Source: Selaginella moellendorffii
Taxonomy: Eukaryota > Plantae > Lycopodiophyta
DNA length: 64,000 nt
Reading direction: 5' to 3'
NCBI RefSeq assembly: GCF_000143415.4
Contig: NW_003314269.1
Location: 1,805,544 to 1,869,543, forward strand
A model generated the notes under the pieces. The model saw only the letters and a list, made by a program, of their open reading frames with translations, was not told where the DNA came from and did no database searches. Each line of letters opens with the position of its first letter. The first letter of the stretch is position 1. Made by a program: the position numbers and the translations under genes. Of the stretch, positions 33,694 to 46,100 are shown one piece after another.

Positions 33694-36600
33694 TTAACTT
33701 TCTTTTGCCTCATCATCAACATAATGATTTCTTTTATACTTCCTCCTATATTGGTATTGTGGGGAAGATTCACCTTGCATATGTTGAGCCATGGCTTCTG
33801 CATAGTCAGGGAGACTTCCAAAGCCTCCAATTCTAGAAACTCCAGGTGACTGTGATCTATAAAATAGAATGAAATATATATTGAAATTTTAATAAACATA
33901 ATTTACCTCCTTGAGGTTGAAGGCAACTCATGAAATCCTCTGAGCCGGCATTTGAAGAAATGATGTTCTTCAATAGCAAACACTGACCTACTAGAGCCAC
34001 GTGCTACCTCCACCATAGAACCGCTACCTGTTGTGCAATCAATCACAACACCATCTGGTGGGCAATAGAGCTCAAGCAAGACTTGCATTGCCAATGGAGT
34101 TCGGAATCAGTACCCTGGAAACGTGTTGCGGATCTGCTCATCTACAAGGTTGGGTATGATGTTAGTGGAACTGTCGTACCCAGGCAAAACACGTGCTGCA
34201 CGTTCGCTATCACAAAACCTATCATGTGTGTTTCTGCAGAAGGCATGATAGGTCCACATCATAACCTGGAAAATAAAAATGTTTAGAAATTAGATAAAAA
34301 TATAAAATACATACTCACCTTTTCAGGCTTCCCTTGGACGCCCCTCGTATCAATGCCAATAGGATCTATGATGCACCTGGAAGAGAATGACTTGAAATGA
34401 ACTTCTGCTGCGCACGTCATAAGCTCATACATCCAGTTGGGGTCGTTCGGTAGGATGAAGATGACATGGCCAGCTTCAAGCATAAGTGCTTCGGACAATA
34501 GGAATGCATCGTGCAAGTGGTTAGGTGTGAGAAAGTTCCAATCCTCAACTTTCCCATCGATATCTGAAAGACCATCAGGAAAGTCGAAGAGAATGAAGTC
34601 CGCAACTAGGAGCACGGGCCTTTGTATCTTTCGGCACCAACGGTTGAACTGACGGCGTATATCCATGTTGATGTCGTCTTCCATGAAAGATGTCAATAAT
34701 CTACTGTAAGAGCTAATGAAGATACCCACAATGCCTCATTGTGTTATTGGGGACATAGGACGGACCTATAAAAGAGCTAAGTGAATGAAAAAAGTAATAA
34801 ATAGTATGATACCGTCATATGGCGTGTTGTCGATGAGAGTTCCTCCAACTCCTCTTCACGAGCATTTCGTCGAGCTGGAATGAAATTACTACCAACAGTC
34901 ATTGTTGCAAAAAACATGTATTACCACCTTTAGTTTGTAAAATTCACTTTTGCTTACCTTGAGGTCGACGTGATATTCTGTGAACCACTTGATCATCATT
35001 ATTTACTGGTAGAACCTAATCTGGATCTTGGTTGTTTGATGGTTGAATTGGAGCCTGTTCCTGGCTGTCTGGTGGTGGAACACGAACTTGATCTAGAGCT
35101 TCCTCATCCTCGTCTCCATCATCACTTGCATTGCCATCGTTGCTAGCATTGATAATTTCCTCGCGATTTAGTGTAGAGGTATCTTTCCCTAGGAGCTCCA
35201 ACTCCCAAGGGCATTCTATCTTCCGTGCCTTCGGAACTCTCGCAAACATTGTTGGGTACATTCCTCTATCCCTTACACCCTTTGCAACAAGTCGAGTGCA
35301 AACTGGTGCCTCAAATGGCATGCCTCTGTATCGAAGATACCTGTAAACAATATATATTAAAAAACAGTCTTAGAAATCATATTATACCTATAAGCTGCAC
35401 GTCGCATGAAATAAGGTTGACCATGTTGGCAATCATAAGTTGTTGTGCTTGTAGACTTCTTTGGCAGCCACCCCTCTTCGATCCCTTCCAATGATATGTT
35501 GATGTAGGTGTCAAAAGACATGAATATGCCATCTAGATTGTCACTAATGTGTGGTGCCAAGAACTTCTCACCTTCACTTATAGTTTGCGTGATGTAGACA
35601 GCCTTTCTCATCATGTTCTCAAATAGTTCTGGCAATCCTTTCTCTCTGTTCATCAAGTAGACATTGAGGAACTCCAGAGTTTCTATCTGTTGCTTATATG
35701 GAAGCTTTGATTTTGTGATATTGTAAATCATATCATCTGGAATTTTGTTCACTGCAAAAGTAACATATGCATAATTAAGAAAAATGAAGTGTGATAAGAA
35801 ACTTACATTCATGAGAAGAAATTTTGGCTATAGTCTCTAGCCACTCCTTCGGCCTGCGATTGTCTACAATGCATACTAGTTTCTTCAACTTTGAGGACTT
35901 TGCATGCTGAATTTTGTGTTCAATTTGTACAAACTCAGCTAAGAGCTCTTCCCGACTCTTCTCTGGATATACAAGTTCATAAGCATCTTATTTGACCTTC
36001 ACCAAAGGCTAAAAACCAAAACAATTAAAAGAGGCTTTTATAAAATAAAAGGGAAAGACATACCTTACACCACACAGCGAGCATAAAACTGATTGGGTTG
36101 TTGAACTAAGTTGTACCGTCATTTTGAGTGTGTGAGTGCCAAACAAGTGTTGCGAGATCATCACCATAATGTTGGCGGATGTCATCCTCACTCAAGTCTA
36201 CCAAAAATTGAAGTTGCTCGATGTCATGGACAAGGTTTTGTTTTTGAACAACGAACTGCCCAAGCCTACATTTAAACACAACAAAACAAGTTAAAGTGGA
36301 GTTAGAGGTAAAATTATAAAACTTACGCATTGATATTTTGGCAAGCCAAGATAAATCTGTTGACATCCAAAGGTCCCCTCGCGTAAACATGGTCGACTAG
36401 AACGTTGATATGGTAGACGGGATCATCGTGAAAATGATCGTCGATACACTTCATCCAAGCTCCATATCGGTGGTTACTGTCAATAATTTGGAACATTGTC
36501 CCCGCAAGCTATCGAGTCTCAGGATGTCTGATAAGCATGTCATCAAATTCTAGGGACTTCCTCCTCCAAATAGGATCCTAGCTATTCACAATCTCGGGTG

Positions 36601-37260
36601 TGATAGTAATGATCTCCGTTGTTCCTGGCTTGCAAAAAGAGACTAGAAACATACCGATATTTGTTGCAAGGCCATTTTGTTTGAACAAGCTGTATATATC
36701 CGAGTTGATATACTTGGATGCTGTGCGGACAAGGTTCATCTGCTGTAAACGGCAAAGGGGGATTTCTCTGATCAAGTCACAAGGGCCTGGCCACTTGAGC
36801 GCCTCAAGTGTTTGGTGAACTGCTTTTTCCCTTGTCCGCATAACAATCTCTTGGAAGCACTTGTCCACCACGTTGTCAGGAAGGTCTACAACTCTTTCAG
36901 CTCCAGGCTGTTCCTCAGGTTCCCTATTATGAACACCACTAGATTGCCCAACTTCAGGGATTTGCGTTGGTGGTGGTGGCGGGGGCAGAAGCAATAGTGG
37001 CAGTGGTGGTGGCAATGGTGGTGGTGGCGGTGGCGATGGAGGTGGTGGAGGTGGTGATGGAGGTGGTGGAGGTGGCGATGGTAGTGGTGGAGGTGGTGAT
37101 GGTGGAAGTGATGGTGGTGGAGGTGGTGAATCTCTAATTAAATGTGTCTCTGTTGTGCCAATAGACATGTTGATTGTGATGTCGTCGTTAGTGCTGAATT
37201 GAACTTCTCATGTCTTCTTGGCTCCAACAACCTTTTTATGTGTTACAATTTTCCTTTTCT
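33694..37260 (-). pseudogene. Multi-exon ParB/Srx-like domain + beta-class N4/N6 DNA methyltransferase-like fusion, with nonsense mutations
   Basis: FQIIDSNHRYGAW (IIDSNHR at 36467-36487; ParB/Srx IIDGxHR motif); ADFILFDFPDG (34571-34600; motif IV position); RTPLAMQVLLELYCPPDGVVIDCTTGSGSMVEVARGSSRSVFAIEE (33965-34105; motifs X-I-II). GT-AG introns; poly-Pro N-terminal region. Confidence 0.7.
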
Positions 37261-37635
37261 ACAAGAGAAAAAATTTTGTTAGTCAAACTAAATAAAGATA
37301 ATGAGAAATTCAAACAGTCAAAGAGAAAAAAAAAATCAAGTGGGCCTAGACTCCACCTCGGGCACTTTGGTTGCCCAGGGGGCCGAGGTTATTTGAATAA
37401 CCTCGGCCCCTTGGCAAGCAAAACTGCCCAAGGTGGCCGGCCCGAGCTCGACCTTGGCCAGCAAAGAAGCAATCAAGAAAAAAAAAGGGAAGCAATGGAA
37501 TGGAAGCAATGGAATCAAAAAATGGAAGTGGAAGCAATGGAATAAAAAAATGGAAGTGGAAGTAATCAAATCAAAACTCACCCTTGGTGGCATCTTTCCT
37601 CCCTCGATTTCTTGATCGTGCTAAATTTCTTGTGC

Positions 37636-37910
37636 GCTCAATCTCTCCCGCTCGTGCACTCAATTTCTCCTGCTCGCGCACTCAATCTCTCCAGCTCGCA
37701 CGCTCAAACTCTCCCACTTGCGTGCTCAATCTCTCCCGCTCGTGTGTTCAATCTCTCCCGCTCGCGCGCTCAAACTCTCCCACTCGCGTGCTCAAACTCT
37801 CCCGCTCACGCGCTCAATCTCTCCCGCTCATGCGCTCAATCTCTCGATCTCTTGCGCGCTCAATCGCTCAATTTCCTTTGCACTCAATCTCTCGATCTCT
37901 CGCGCGCTCC
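37636..37910. repeat. 22-bp tandem array, ~12 copies (consensus GCTCAATCTCTCCCGCTCGCGC)
   Basis: Directly readable head-to-tail units with CG/TG variation; no unique spacers. Confidence 0.9.
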
Positions 37911-39049
37911 ACTCATGATATAAACAGTAACCTAATCTTGGCGGCTACCCTAACCCTAATCCTGACGGCTGCTAACCAATCTCTAATCCTGGCCGTTCAT
38001 TCCGAATAACCTAAATCTCAACCATCACAATATCTTTGATCTTATTTTATCTTATCATTATTATTATATGTAAATTATGCTTCTTTATTTTGTATATTTT
38101 AATGATGGTTTAACTAGCACCTATCAACATTTCTGTTATTAGAGATATGATATTATATTTTACAAATTATCTAGAAAGGATGCATTCTCATCAATATTTT
38201 GTACATATTTTGGAATCGTTACAAAAACTTTAAAGAGTATAAATAAGGCACGTTAAAATATGTTGTACTATATCCATCTATGAATGGATGAATCCTCATC
38301 CAGAAATTTATTTTGTGTTGTATTAGATCCTAAATAATAGGCACGTGCTTTAAATGTCATTGAGCAGTGTTCACAATTATGGATAAAATTTGAGTTATAC
38401 TAAGAATCAAATCTGTAAGAATAAGATTTGACAAGATTTATTATCATCTACCACTTAAAATTTGACAACTTGACATATCACACGTGCTGATAATTAGATT
38501 GGATCTCTTGGTTTGACACGTTATAGCAGAATGTCATTACTGGTATCATTATTAACTATCAAACTTCACGTGCTGAAAATCTTTCCTTGGATCTATGTGT
38601 ATACATGCATCAAACATCATAATAGATGACAGTAATATTAATATTGTCACACTTACACATATTAAATTTGCTATAGAATTTAAATTCATTTTGTACGTTG
38701 TCTTCTTATTACTCTATTTAAATTTCAATTATGTTTCACTATAGATTTTTATAAGTAGCATAAAGAGAGAGAACTCCAAAACCTATTGAGAAGGATGGAG
38801 AGGTTTCTTCTTCATTTTCGAGATCACCCACCTCTTTCATTCTCTCAAAGTATTGTTTTTGAAAGTTTTTTATGTCGGCGTTTTGATCTTCGTCTTGGCT
38901 CTATTTCTTTAGAGGCTGTGATCCGCAATGACACTGGTATAGTTGCATACTCGGAATTTCTTCTTTCTGGTGTGGGCAAGGGTGGACAACAATGGGATTT
39001 ACAAAATTCCAAGTCGAAGGAAATTCGAGTGTTTGGATCTTCAGTCAAA

Positions 39050-42000
39050 ATGCCAAAATGCGCTCCAGCCAAAGTGAATGTGAAGCAAGAGTCAGTCGTT
39101 ATCTTCTCGTCCTCTTCTAGTTCAAGTGGAGATGTCATGCTAGTGTCGGCGCTAAATTCACCAGCTCCAGCTCCAGCTCCAACTGCAACAATATTCAAAG
39201 CCGTTAGCAATGCTTTCCAGCTTTCACGCCTCTCAATCGATGTGCACTTGTTTTTGTATAGGCTTGTGAGTGAGCTTCCATCCTTCTACAATGGCAACAT
39301 TTTCTTCGAGCTACCACCTCTTGTCAGCAGCACAGGTTCCAAACGGAAGGGGATGGAAACCAAGTAGGATGTCCACAATTGGTGCAAAATCAAGACCACA
39401 CACTTCCAACATTTTGAAGGCACAGTGTCTATAGTTCATTGTGGCGGGCATTTAGATTGTGTGGATGAAGCATACAATTGAGACCGCTCTAGAAACTCTA
39501 TATTTTTCGAAGGGTCTACAGTCAATCCTCCAGCTTGTGACACCATTGCTGTTAGATTCAAATGTCGATTCTGCAAAAATGCTCCTCTATGTCGTGCTAT
39601 CTGCGAGGCCAAGATGTACTACTTTTTTCCACGGGATGGAGTGGCTGGAAGAGCTGCAGTGCATGTTGGCACACATATGCATCCAATGCAGGAAGGGATA
39701 CAAAAGAGTTTTCTCAACCGTTTCAAAGATGCTGTACAGGAAGAGACTATGAGAAACTCATCTGCAACTCCGAAGCATGTTCAAAAGACCATCCTCAAGG
39801 ATTTTATCATAAATACCTTACTCAATCTAGGTTGCCAAAAGACTCAACTAAATGAGGCTAGCTTGCGGGACTTATTATAAGGAGTACAACCTGCTACTAG
39901 CCTAAGGAGGTACATCCGTTATTTTTCATACGTTATAATAATAATTTTTTCTTACATTATATTGTTTAGGATAAAATCTTGGATGTGTGAATCTTGAGAG
40001 GGGAAGTTGCAATCAAAAATTGACTCTATCCTTGAATTGAAACGGATTTGTCTATACGAATTCATCTACGAAAGTTTGTTTCCATACCAAGTTGTGAATA
40101 AGCAAGAGTGCCCCTTCCTCTTCAAAATGTTTACCATGGGCCCTGCCTTTGGTGTAGATCTTGTCTCCCGAATGGACATGTTTGGGTCCAGTGACCTTGC
40201 AAATGCATGGGTACATTTTGACCATATGGAGCATATATCCGGTTGGACAACCATGGGAGCTCATGTATATGATCCAAGGTAATTTTTATTCTCATTATAT
40301 TGAAATTGTTATAATATTTATGTTTTCATAGGCTACGTTGTAACTTAACAATTGCGACAGCAGAGTTTAAAGTACAAGACCAGACAGCACAGGAAATATT
40401 TTGGAAGTCCCTCTCTGATATTGTCCTAAAGCGGACTGGTAAGCCTATAAACTTTCGTGGTTTCATGGCAAATGGGGCTGGTGCAAACTAGAATGGTATC
40501 CGAGTAGTTTTTGGGAATGGTCAACCATTAGAAGGTCGTGAGAGGACTTGTGAGTTCCATTGGGCTCAAAGCCTAAACCAGCACTGCCACCTTATCAAGC
40601 CAGAGTTTCAATCAATATTTAAGGAGTTGTGCAAACAATGGCAGGTTACACCTTCTGAAGAAGAGCATGAGGCAAAAGCAAACGAGATTTGAATGTGGTG
40701 GTGTGAAGATGGCCATACAGACGTAAGTTGCCTACCACAACTTGTTATGGTTAGGATGGTGGGAAGTTAGGATGTTCCAATGGGGACATCACTCTTTTCA
40801 GGTTGGTTTATATTTTTTCTTCTCCTTTTATTACCTTTTAATATTGCCTTCTCCATTAGGATCAACCACTTGAGGACCTCGCATACACCCCAACTATGAA
40901 TCTCTCCAAAAGTAAGCATTGGAGTTGGCATTCCTCTGAGGCAGGGAAAGGGAAGATGAGTCTATACGAAACCTGTCTATCAGATTTGATATGTGCTATA
41001 GAGCAATCTTCAAAAGCACTAGCATTCGAGGAAGGAAGATACATGGGAACAGGGCCTTCTGTTGAGATGTTACATGATAGGATGAAGAGAAAATTAACTC
41101 TACCCGCCCGAACAGTGGCAACTGTAGTTGAGGAAGTGGTTCGTGGCACATCTATGGAGTAGACTCCCCGAGCTTCTATTGGTGATATGAAGACTGTCCG
41201 CTCAAAGCGTCGTTTTTCCTTTGCTGGGGAAGATGTTGGTATGGACTTTGGAGCCAAAAGCTCTCATAGGCCTAATGTCGAGTACCATTCTGCTCCAAGA
41301 CACTGCTCTTGGATCGAGCCACCTCAAGTGGCTGATGAAGAGAGTGCATCGCAACAGGTAGAAATTGCTTACCGTAGTGTGGAGCCGAAGCAATGGGCAA
41401 TCCGATGCGTGCCAGCAAAATCGAATGTAAGGTGTGTGGAGATGCTTCTGAGGGGCAAGTGTTGGGCCTGGATTCGTGGTGAAAAATCTGCTTCTGTTCC
41501 AGCCCCATGTTTCTATGGGGAATGAAAGCAAGCAGGATTTTCAAGATGGTACTGGCTATATTGTTGCAACACCAACGCCAACCATACGAAGCGGCTTGAA
41601 GACACTATAGTGACTAAACTTGATGCAGTATCTAAAGAATGGCCGGTTGCTAATGGGGTCGCACTCACCTTGGATGAGATTGAAAACCTTGAGAAATCTG
41701 GTTTTAATTTTTAAAGGAGAGTTGGAGACATGAGTGACAGGAGCAAGACTATTCCTACAGAGATGCACAGGAGGCCAGCACGAAAAGGTAAGGCAGTTAA
41801 ATTTATTGGTACCGTTTCCAAGCAGAAGCAAGGTAAAATAAACTTGGCTCAAACACTTGAGTGTGAGATTCTCTTCATGAAGTACATCACTGCGCTTGCA
41901 AAGGAGTACACAGTCAAAACAGAAGGTGGAGAGTACATAATTGCCATTCACGACTTTCCTTCTTGCACATGTCCAGACTTTACGAAGCACGAGGAACATG

Positions 42001-42137
42001 GGAAGGCATATGCTCCTTGCAAGCATATGTATTACATCTTCATCAACATCTTGCACCAGGATCTTAAAGTGGATATTCATATACACCAAGCAAGCCTTAC
42101 TATTGCTGAGTTGCAAAAAACTTTTGGAGCTAATTAG
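39050..42137 (+). pseudogene. MULE-type DDE transposase with N-terminal Zn finger and C-terminal SWIM finger, 4 exons, stops and frameshifts
   Basis: CEAKMYY...HVGTHMHP; AWVHFDHMEHISGWTTMGAHVYDP; FRGFMANGAGAN; RERTCEFHWAQSL (MULE CxxH); TMNLSKSKHWSW; PSCTCPDF...PCKH (SWIM). Confidence 0.8.
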
Positions 42138-42228
42138 ATTTCTCCAACACTATTGATGTTTATTCTCTATCAATAAAACTTATTATACTTTATATAATTA
42201 ATAAAAATGTGCTTTTTCATTTCACTTT

Positions 42229-42681
42229 TCATTTTATATGCTTCCGAGTGTTCTTCCCGCAATACTGCCCATAGTACTCGTGTGTCTCCATTTCTGTCTT
42301 TACCATCTCAAAAAAGATTTCATGGTAGTCTTTCGGGTGCGTGATGTTGCAGTGTGTCGCAAAAGCATATATACCATCATATTGATCATTGCCATTATTT
42401 CCACCAAACGCTAGAAAACATATAGGGCACTTCTTGAAAGTGGTAGAATTGCACTTTTCTAAAACAAGTAAGAGGGCATTCTTTTTCACCCAATTTGTTG
42501 CACCCTCTGTCATTGCATTTATCTCCAACTCATGATCATTATCCTCACTATCCTCTCTTTCATTCTCTTATGTGATTTAGTTATGCTGTGCAATGGGATA
42601 GTTATTGCATCTCCTAGCCCTTGAACCCTGGGAAGAAAGATTATGAGAATTAAAATTACCAACACTAGAACCTATAGACAT
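42229..42681 (-). pseudogene. Small decayed gene with C2H2-like finger (CPIC...HCNITH)
   Basis: ORF 42229-42528; the upstream frame has TAA stops and an apparent short intron at ~42628-42660. Confidence 0.35.
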
Positions 42682-43165
42682 TTGTGGGTGTATTTCCCTT
42701 TTTTCGAATGAGAGTGTGAATGAAAATCTATAAATTCTAGACAGTATGCTACGACAAACCCCTCAAAAATGTATTCTACAAAGAACCAAGTCTTTCTTTT
42801 ATATGCAATAAACTTACATCAATGGTTATTTTTTTTCCTTTTAAACGGTTATATGGCTTTACATAGAATCTTATTTCAAATTTAATAATTTTTTAATTCT
42901 GAAAAACCTAACATTTACTAGCCAGAAAGCATAGAGTACAAATTTAAAGAAGTGACAAGAATACTCTTTTTGCAAACATTTTATTTTATGTTCTAACAAA
43001 TGTCCCTATCATTGCATGTAGTAAATATTTAAATTATTAGAACAAAAAGTGTTCTTTAGAATATTTTTATTTATATAATATATAGAGAGTTATTAAATTA
43101 TTAGGTTTGCCATAACCTTAAAATTTTAAAATTTATAATGTTTGTACTAAATTACAATTGAAAAT

Positions 43166-46100
43166 TGAGCTCAACTCGTGAGCTCAAGTATGGTCTACGC
43201 CCATCTAGATCTAGCTTTTTCCATTTCCTTTCTTTTGTTCTTCCCTTTCAGGATTTTGGTTTAAATCTAGCTATTTTGCATTGTCTACATCTCCCATTTC
43301 CTTCTCGCTTTTTGTCGTTTCTCTTCTTTTGCTCTTTCTTTGTCCGTCTTCATGGTAGATCAGCAATATCCTCCTTTGACTCTAGAGCAACAGTTAGTAC
43401 AATTACTTGATGCTATGTGTTTGCAATTGAACAACCAAACTCAGTTGATGGTGGCGTTCATAACACATGGTACAACTCCTCTTGCTCTTGGTGCTAATCC
43501 TCGCGTTTGGCCGGAGTTCTTTCGCGAGAATCCTGGGGATGATGTGTACCATTGGTTCGATCACTTCGTGGTGATTGCCACATATCATTCTTGGGATGAT
43601 GCTTGACATTTGCGTGAGTTTCTCACGTGTCTTCAAGGGATGGCGTTGCAATGGTATAATGGTCTGCGCACAGCCATTCATGAGGATTGGAGTGTTCTCC
43701 CGGATGTCTTCAAACGCACCTTCGGACATGCCGACGACTGTGATGATGCCTTCCAAAAATTGCATCGTCTTCGCTAAGGGCCATCTGAGTCGGTGATGCA
43801 ATTTGGCATTCATTTCCAAAGTCTTTTGCTTCATACGGAGCCAAATATGTCGGAGCGGATCAAGCTAGGAATGTTGTGGCCAGCACTTCGTCAAGATCTT
43901 GTCGGACTTGTGCATGCCCTTACTCCTACCACCCTTGACGATGCTCTTCGCTTGGCACAACGTTATGAGACATTGCCTCTTCCACTTCTTGCTGCACGTC
44001 TTTCAACTCCACTTCCTTTGGGTGATGGTCCTATTCCAATGGAGGTTGATGCTATTGTTGCTCGAGTCCAAGGACAAGGTCAAGGACGTGGTCGTGGCCG
44101 TGATGTTCGCTGTTAGGCATGTGATGAAGTTGGTCACATTTATCGGCGTTGTCGACGGTTTCTGAATTGGCAACCTCCATTTCCTAGGTGGAGACCTTGG
44201 TGTTAGCAACATCCCGTTGGTGCTGCTGCAGTGGACAGTTTGGACACTGAGATACATCTAAGAAATGAGGAGTCACGCGAGTAACGGAGGGACCTTGCGC
44301 AAATAAGTTAGTGACCCCTCCATCTTTCTTTCGAGAGTATCATCAAGGGGTTCACTCGGCACCGGTTCATCTAGTGTTTACTTTCTAAGCTCGTTTTTAT
44401 AATAAGAGGTCTCCTATTATTCTCTTCATGGTAGTTGATATAGGTTCGAGTTTATCTTCTATTGCTTGACCTGTTGCCATACGTAGCCATCTACACTTGC
44501 GTCATGCGGCAGAACCAATTTTCATTCTTTATGGCAACGGCTGTACAAATGCATGTGCACGGGATGAGATGGACCTAGTTGTGCGTGTGGGCGATCTCAA
44601 GCTTGAGTTGTAGTCATTGCGGGTGGTGCCAAGTCAAGCTTTTGACTTCATTCTTGGTATAAATTGGTTGCAGCGCAATCATGCCAAATGTGATTTTGAG
44701 GCTTCTCCCCCTTGTCTCATACTTCCTTATGTTTCATCCATTCTTCTCACTTCTATAATTCTTTGTCCTTCTACTTCTACCTTTGCTTCTATTACTTTTG
44801 TTCCCCCACTATTTCCTCCTATATTTCCATCTTGTTCTGCTTTTCCTTTTTCCGATCCCTCCGACGATTTTTGTGTTGCAGCGGTGGACCGGCTCATGAA
44901 GGAGTATTCTGATCTCTTTGAATTTGACTTATCGTCTAGGGCCAAGATTGCCACTCATCATCCAATTCCAACCAGGGATGCTCGTCCAATTAAGGTTCCT
45001 GTTTGTCGTCGAACACCCAAGGAAATCTGGATTTTATGTGCAAATGTCAAGGAGATGTTGGAGAAGGGTGTTATTTGGAAGTCGCGGAGTCCTTGGGTAT
45101 GTGAACTTCATCTTGTGACGAAGCTTGATGGGAGTATTCGTTTCTGCATCGACTATCGTCCGTTAAACGAAGTGATGACCCCAGATGTGTACCCTCTTCC
45201 TCACACTGCTGATCCCTTGGATCGTTTGGGGCGAAATTGTTGGTTCACCAAGCTAGATCTTGCTTCTAGGTACTGGCAAGTACCAATGGCCAAAGAAAAT
45301 ATTTCTAAAATTGCTTTTCGTACACTATTTGGTTTGTACGAGTTCTTGGTGATGCTGTTTGGTTTGAACAATGCTCCAGTAACTTTCCAACGGATGATGG
45401 ACGAGGTTCTTTGTGATATGCCGGAGGTGACTGTTAACTTCATTGATGATGTCTTGATCCACTCAGAGGGGACGTGGGAGGAGCATGTTTGTGATGTTTG
45501 TAAAGTGTTGAATCGGCTACGCAACGTTGGTTTAAAGCTAAAGCAGTTGAAATGCGTGTTTGGGTCCAAGGATACAACTTATCTTGGGTACCATATTTCT
45601 CATAAGGGTTTGCAAGTTGATCTTGACAAATTTGTGGCTGTTCTAAAGTTCCCTACTTCGAAGTGTGTGAATGATGTGTGGCACTTCTTGGGCAAGGTGC
45701 AGTATCTCGATCGTTTTATAAATCATCTTTTTTATCGCACTGCACCATTGTAAGTGTTGTTGAAGTCATCAACATCATCTTTCATCTGGTCTCCGGATTG
45801 TAAGCGGGTGTTCGGGGATCTCAAAGAGCTGTTGACGACTCCTCCGGTTTTGGCATATCCTGATTACACTTGACTTTTTATTTTGCGCGTGGATGCTTAT
45901 GACATTGGTTTTGGAGGTGTGTTGATGCAAGAGAGCTCAAGTGTGCCTGGTTAGCGCTATCCCATTGTGTATATAAGTCGTACATTACAACTAGCGGAAA
46001 TGAACTACTCTACGACAGAGGAGTGTTTAGTAGCAATTTGGGGTTTCGAGAAACTTCATGCATATCTATATGGTTTTCGGACGTTACTTGAAAGTGATCA

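Larger units (their letters stand above)
32033..43165. mobile_element. Large decayed Mutator-like (MULE) DNA transposon with accessory genes; ends not defined
   Basis: Contains a MULE/SWIM transposase, a ParB-methyltransferase gene, two small ORFs and tandem repeats; bounded by gypsy-derived sequence. No TIRs visible; the left end may lie in the gap. Confidence 0.6.

Noticed and set aside
36965-37130. Extensin/formin gene suggested by SPPPP repeats
   Set aside because: No signal peptide or FH2 domain; the frame continues into the ParB-like domain.
33694-37260. Bacterial or phage contamination as the source of the ParB-MTase
   Set aside because: The gene has multiple spliceosomal GT-AG introns and methylation-type decay, and is contiguous with plant TEs.
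37636-37910. CRISPR-like array
   Set aside because: Head-to-tail units without unique spacers, eukaryotic context, no cas genes.
39050-42137. KDZ/Zisupton transposase or host FAR1/MUSTANG gene
   Set aside because: The CxxH motif and DDE spacing fit MULE. Stops and mutated catalytic residues argue against a functional host gene.
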